Assembly: GCA_963666345.1 (NCBI GenBank)
Contig: OY762721.1
Coordinates: forward strand, 2,816,001-2,880,000
Source of the DNA: Desulfatiglandales bacterium
GTDB taxonomy: Bacteria > Desulfobacterota > DSM-4660 > Desulfatiglandales > Desulfatiglandaceae
Length of the DNA: 64,000 bases
Direction of reading: 5' to 3'
The notes under the pieces are model-generated. The model did no database searches and was not told the DNA's origin. It saw nothing but the letters and a program-made list of their open reading frames with translations. Positions 59,601-64,000 of this stretch are shown in pieces; position 1 is the stretch's first letter; each line of letters starts with the position of its first letter. The position numbers and the translations under genes are program-made.

Positions 59601-60803
59601 ATGGAACTGGAGGATAAAAGCGAAAATACCATACGGCTTGCCGACAAATATATGTTTCCCACATATGCAAGATTCCCGGTCTCTATTATCAAGGGAGAAG
59701 GATGCAGGGTCTGGGACGAACAGGGGAAGGAGTATCTCGATTTTGTCGGCGGAATAGCCGTTTGCGCGCTCGGGCACTGTTCACCTGTCGTAAGCAGGGC
59801 GCTTGAAAAACAGGCAAAAACCCTTGTGCATGTGTCAAATCTTTATTACACGAGGCCTCAGGCCGAACTGGCAAGGCTGCTGGTTGAAAATTCCTTTGCA
59901 GACCGGGTATTTTTCTGTAACAGCGGCGCGGAGGCCAACGAGGCCGCGATAAAACTTGCCAGAAGATACATCAACGACACACGGGGACCCCAAAGGCAGA
60001 ATATCCTGTCGATGGAAAACTCTTTCCACGGCAGGACCATGGCAACCCTTTCCGCCACAGGGCAATACAAGGTACGGAAAGGCTATGATCCTCTTCTTCA
60101 GGGATTCAAATTTGTCCCGTTCAACGATCTTGAGAGCCTTGACAACGCACTGGACGAAACGGTATGCGCTGTGATGCTTGAGCCTATTCAGGGGGAGGGA
60201 GGCGTTGTCTGCCCTGATCCTGAATACCTGAAAGGCGTAAGGAAGATCTGCACGGAACGTGACGCCCTGTTGATCTTTGATGAAGTTCAGGTCGGAATGG
60301 GACGTACGGGGAGCCTTTTTGCCTATGAAAATTTCGGTGTGGAGCCTGACATAATGTCGCTCGCAAAGGCTCTTGGAAACGGACTGCCGATAGGCGCCAT
60401 GCTTTCAAAGGAAAAGTACAGCTCCTCGTTCGGGCCGGGAAGTCACGCGACCACCTTTGGTGGAACCCCGCTCGTTACGGCGGCTGCAACCGCGGTTGTG
60501 GAAAGTCTGTTAAACGACGGCTGGCTCAAAAACTGCAGAGAGATGGGGCAATACTTCAGGTCAAGGCTCGATGAACTGGTTTCGAGATATGATTTTGTAA
60601 AGGAAACAAGAGGTATGGGGTTGATTGTCGGGCTGAATCTGGACCGGCCCTGCGGGGATATCGTAAATGAATGCCTTAAGAGGGGATTCCTGATAAACTG
60701 CGCCCATGAGACGGTTTTAAGATTTGTGCCGCCTCTTATAGTGGGAAAGGCAGAGATTGATTCTCTCGTGGACACCCTTACCGATATCTTGGATAATATA
60801 TAA
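59601..60803 (+). CDS. argD: Acetylornithine aminotransferase
   Basis: NSGAEANE, FHGRT, DEVQ and AKALGNG motifs. Confidence 0.93.
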   Translation: MELEDKSENTIRLADKYMFPTYARFPVSIIKGEGCRVWDEQGKEYLDFVGGIAVCALGHCSPVVSRALEKQAKTLVHVSNLYYTRPQAELARLLVENSFADRVFFCNSGAEANEAAIKLARRYINDTRGPQRQNILSMENSFHGRTMATLSATGQYKVRKGYDPLLQGFKFVPFNDLESLDNALDETVCAVMLEPIQGEGGVVCPDPEYLKGVRKICTERDALLIFDEVQVGMGRTGSLFAYENFGVEPDIMSLAKALGNGLPIGAMLSKEKYSSSFGPGSHATTFGGTPLVTAAATAVVESLLNDGWLKNCREMGQYFRSRLDELVSRYDFVKETRGMGLIVGLNLDRPCGDIVNECLKRGFLINCAHETVLRFVPPLIVGKAEIDSLVDTLTDILDNI

Positions 60804-60899
60804 ATCCGGTCTATAGCTTGAATCCATTGATTTGTGTGTGGGCATTAATTTGAAGGCCTTTGGATATGAGCCTGAGGCCTGAAAAAAAGGAGTTATAAA

Positions 60900-62114
60900 T
60901 TGAAAGAAGATATAAAAAAGATTGTTCTGGCCTATTCCGGGGGATTGGACACATCCGTCATCCTGACCTGGCTAAAGGAGACCTACGGATGTCAGGTCAT
61001 CGCCTATGCCGCCGACGTGGGACAGGGTGCGGAGCTTGAGGGGATAAGGGAAAAAGCCCTGGCTACCGGGGCGGATGACGCCATAGTTGAAGATCTTAAA
61101 GAGGAATTCGTGGGTGATTTCGTGTGGCCCGCAATGAGGGCGAATGCGATTTATGAATCAAGCTATCTTCTGGGCACGTCTCTGGCAAGGCCCCCCATAG
61201 CAAGGGGCCAGGTTGAGGTTGCACGGAGGCTCGGTGCGGATGCGGTATGCCACGGTTCAACCGGAAAGGGCAATGACCAGGTAAGATTTGAACTGGTGTA
61301 TATGGGCCTTGAGCCTGGTCTTAAGATTATCGCCCCCTGGAGAATCTGGAATTTCAGCGGGAGGGAGGACCTTATAGATTACGCCCGATCACGGGGCATC
61401 CCTGTTCCGGTTACAAAAGAGAAACCCTATTCAAGCGACCGGAATCTCCTTCATATAAGCTTTGAGGGAGGGGTCCTGGAAGATACCTGGAATGAACCGC
61501 CGGAAGATATGTTCGTCCTTTCCGTTTCACCCGAAAGGGCGCCTGATGAACCTACCTTCTGTGAAATAGCGTTCAGACAGGGCAATCCAGTTTCCATCGA
61601 CGGCGAAGACATGTCTCCTGCCGGGCTTCTTGAGACACTAAACGATATGGGCGGGAAAAACGGCATAGGCAGGGTCGATATGGTGGAAAACAGATTCGTG
61701 GGAATGAAGTCAAGAGGGGTTTACGAGACCCCGGGAGGAACCATCATCAGACAGGCGCACATGGCGATCGAGACCCTGACCATGGATAGAGAGGTGGCCC
61801 ATATACGTGACGGCCTTATCCAGCGCTACGCCGAGATGATTTATTATGGTTACTGGTTTTCCCCTGAAAGAAGAATGCTTCAGGCCCTTATTGATGAAAC
61901 ACAGAGGAATGTGAACGGGGTGGCAAGGTTGAAGCTCTACAAGGGGAACTGTACGGTCGTGGGCCTGAAATCCGACAATTCCCTTTATGACCCGAGGTTC
62001 GCCACCTTCGAGGGTGATGATGTGTATAATCAGAAAGATGCCGAGGGCTTCATAAGGTTGAGCGGTCTGAGACTTAAGATAGCCAGGCTTCTTGAACAGA
62101 ATAAAGGATATTGA
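60900..62114 (+). CDS. argG: Argininosuccinate synthase
   Basis: [18 protein letters not shown] and KSRGVYETP motifs. Confidence 0.97.
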   Translation: MKEDIKKIVLAYSGGLDTSVILTWLKETYGCQVIAYAADVGQGAELEGIREKALATGADDAIVEDLKEEFVGDFVWPAMRANAIYESSYLLGTSLARPPIARGQVEVARRLGADAVCHGSTGKGNDQVRFELVYMGLEPGLKIIAPWRIWNFSGREDLIDYARSRGIPVPVTKEKPYSSDRNLLHISFEGGVLEDTWNEPPEDMFVLSVSPERAPDEPTFCEIAFRQGNPVSIDGEDMSPAGLLETLNDMGGKNGIGRVDMVENRFVGMKSRGVYETPGGTIIRQAHMAIETLTMDREVAHIRDGLIQRYAEMIYYGYWFSPERRMLQALIDETQRNVNGVARLKLYKGNCTVVGLKSDNSLYDPRFATFEGDDVYNQKDAEGFIRLSGLRLKIARLLEQNKGY

Positions 62115-62130
62115 AGAGGTTTATAAAGGT

Positions 62131-63507
62131 ATGTCCCAGAAATTGTGGGGAGGACGTTTTCGAGAAGAGACCGACTCTCTGGTAAATGACCTGAACGCCT
62201 CCATAGGCTTTGACAGAAGACTCTACTCCCAGGATATCGAAGGAAGCATAGCCCATTGCGGCATGCTGGCGAAACAGGGAATAATCGCCCGGGAGGAGGC
62301 GTCAAAGATAATCGAGGCGCTTGGTGAGATCAGAAGGGCACTCGACAGAGGAGAACTGCCTTTTGAAGGCTATGAGGATATCCACAGCCTGGTTGAGTCT
62401 GCCCTTATAGAAAAGGTGGGGGCATCGGGTGAAAAGCTTCACACGGGAAGGAGCAGAAACGACCAGGTAGCCCTGGATGTAAGGCTTTTTGTTCGTGATG
62501 CCGCTTCATCCGTAATAAGGCTTATAAAAAATGCCCAGCGCACGATCGTGGCCCTGGCAGAGGATAATCAAGGCCTGATGATGCCCGGTTATACCCATAT
62601 GCAGCGCGCGCAACCGGTTTTGCTGGCCCATCACCTCATGGCCTACTATGAAATGCTCAAAAGAGACGGAGAGCGTTTTACGGAATGCCGCTGCCGCACG
62701 AACGTGCTTCCGCTCGGCAGTGCGGCGCTTGCAGGTTCTACATTCGATCTGGACAGGCAGATGGTTGCCGAGGAACTGGGCTTTGATTCCGTAAGCGCAA
62801 ACAGCATGGACGCGGTAAGCGACAGGGATTTTGTCCTTGATTTCCTGTTCGCCTCCTCCGTCCTTATGATGCATTTGAGCAGGATCAGCGAGGAACTGGT
62901 CATATGGTCGACCCGGGAATTCGGTTTTGTAAATATCCCTGACAGCTACTGCACCGGAAGCAGTATCATGCCTCAGAAAAAAAACCCTGATCTTCCAGAA
63001 TTGCTGAGGGGAAAAACAGGCAGGGTTTACGGTGATTTAATGGCCCTTCTTACTACCATGAAAGGATTGCCCTTAAGCTATAACAAGGATATGCAGGAAG
63101 ATAAGGAGGGGCTTTTCGACGCGGTAGATACGGTCGAAATCTCCCTTGAGGTTATAGCAAGGCTGCTTGGAGAGGTCACATTTAACGGTGACAGGATGAG
63201 GAATGCCTCAAAGACCGGTTTTTTGGTGGCTACGGATCTGGCTGATTATCTTGTAAGAAAAGGCGTCACCTTCAGGGAGGCCCACGAGATTGTGGGAAAG
63301 ATGGTCCTTTTCGCAATCGATGAGGGAAGGGAACTGCACGATCTGAAGATGGATGAGATGAGAGGGTTTTCAAGGCAGATCGAGGACGATGTCTACGGCT
63401 GGCTCGACCCTGAGGCATCCTTGAAAAAGCGGAACATAAAGGGAGGCACGGGGCCTGACAGCGTAATGCTGGAGATAGCGGCGGCAAAAGGGGAGCTTGA
63501 AGATTGA
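62131..63507 (+). CDS. argH: Argininosuccinate lyase
   Basis: KLWGGRF, HTGRSRNDQ and GSSIMPQKKNPD motifs. Confidence 0.97.
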   Translation: MSQKLWGGRFREETDSLVNDLNASIGFDRRLYSQDIEGSIAHCGMLAKQGIIAREEASKIIEALGEIRRALDRGELPFEGYEDIHSLVESALIEKVGASGEKLHTGRSRNDQVALDVRLFVRDAASSVIRLIKNAQRTIVALAEDNQGLMMPGYTHMQRAQPVLLAHHLMAYYEMLKRDGERFTECRCRTNVLPLGSAALAGSTFDLDRQMVAEELGFDSVSANSMDAVSDRDFVLDFLFASSVLMMHLSRISEELVIWSTREFGFVNIPDSYCTGSSIMPQKKNPDLPELLRGKTGRVYGDLMALLTTMKGLPLSYNKDMQEDKEGLFDAVDTVEISLEVIARLLGEVTFNGDRMRNASKTGFLVATDLADYLVRKGVTFREAHEIVGKMVLFAIDEGRELHDLKMDEMRGFSRQIEDDVYGWLDPEASLKKRNIKGGTGPDSVMLEIAAAKGELED

Positions 63508-63935
63508 AAAAGGGAAATATTTTCTTTCTGGTTGTTATGATTATGGCGCCTTTGTTCCTTTTTTCCTGCGGGAAAAAGGCCCCGCCTTTTCTTCCTTCAC
63601 AGGTGACGGACCTTACGGTTGAGCATCTTGAGGCTGAATGGCGGGATGATGTCCTGGTGCTCAAGGGAGACGTAAAAGGGGCCTTATCTTCAGTAAAGGG
63701 TTGCAGACTCTATCATGCCGGATACGCCATAGAGGACAGTCCCTGCAGGGGTTGTCCGGTAAACTTTGCGCCGGTCAGGGAGGTCGAAGGCAAGGTTGTA
63801 TCTGAAAACGGCTTTTACTGCGAATTTGCCTTTCCCAGGGAAAAGGGGGTGCATTTTTTCAGTGTGGCGCTTCTGGACGGAAAAGGCGGCGCAGGTCCCC
63901 TTTCCGAAAGGACGGATATAATATTAGACGATTAA
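63504..63935 (+). CDS. Putative lipoprotein
   Basis: Lipobox LFSC followed by GKKAPPFLP; lies upstream of lysA. Confidence 0.75.
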   Translation: MKKGNIFFLVVMIMAPLFLFSCGKKAPPFLPSQVTDLTVEHLEAEWRDDVLVLKGDVKGALSSVKGCRLYHAGYAIEDSPCRGCPVNFAPVREVEGKVVSENGFYCEFAFPREKGVHFFSVALLDGKGGAGPLSERTDIILDD

Positions 63936-63959
63936 ATAAAGTTTTTTCAAGAGGTTTTC

Positions 63960-64000
63960 ATGCATCATTTTCAATACAAAGGAAAGGCCCTCTACTGTGA
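63960..64000 (+). CDS. lysA: Probable diaminopimelate decarboxylase, N-terminus only (truncated by the window edge)
   Basis: GAGG RBS then MHHFQYKGKALYC, resembling LysA N-termini; argH-lipoprotein-lysA gene order. Confidence 0.6.
   Translation, partial: MHHFQYKGKALYC

Overview
Chromosomal segment of an anaerobic, probably sulfate-reducing Desulfobacterota (deltaproteobacterial) genome; the taxon is inferred from gene content. In order: the end of a dsrMKJOP operon (dsrJ-dsrO-dsrP), a ferredoxin, a tetraheme cytochrome c3, a large HdrA/HdrL-type flavoprotein divergent from hdrCB, a 1570-aa hypothetical protein, a Liv-type ABC transporter with an embedded acyl-CoA synthetase next to a TetR/FadR regulator, etfBA, tRNA-Met and housekeeping genes. 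An accessory block follows (MBL hydrolase, GntR regulator, two unknown Fe-S/Cys proteins, FAD/NAD oxidoreductase, CooF, a CooS homologue, a TctABC transporter, a URO-D-family protein, a ferredoxin), then an archaeal-type sepS-pscS operon, pfk/pyk, argF, rmuC, a CoA-transferase, mog, an EF-G paralogue and xerC-hslVU-argBDGH-lipoprotein-lysA. Three observations stand out. (1) An intact SepRS + SepCysS pair (tRNA-dependent cysteine synthesis, classically from methanogenic archaea) sits in a bacterial sulfate-reducer context. (2) The CO dehydrogenase homologue has lost most of its Ni-Fe C-cluster ligands and lies in an uncharacterised operon with identifiable operator repeats. (3) hdrA contains an in-frame UGA with a SECIS-like hairpin (selenocysteine) that the ORF track truncates. 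All family assignments come from motif recognition by eye, not from database searches.
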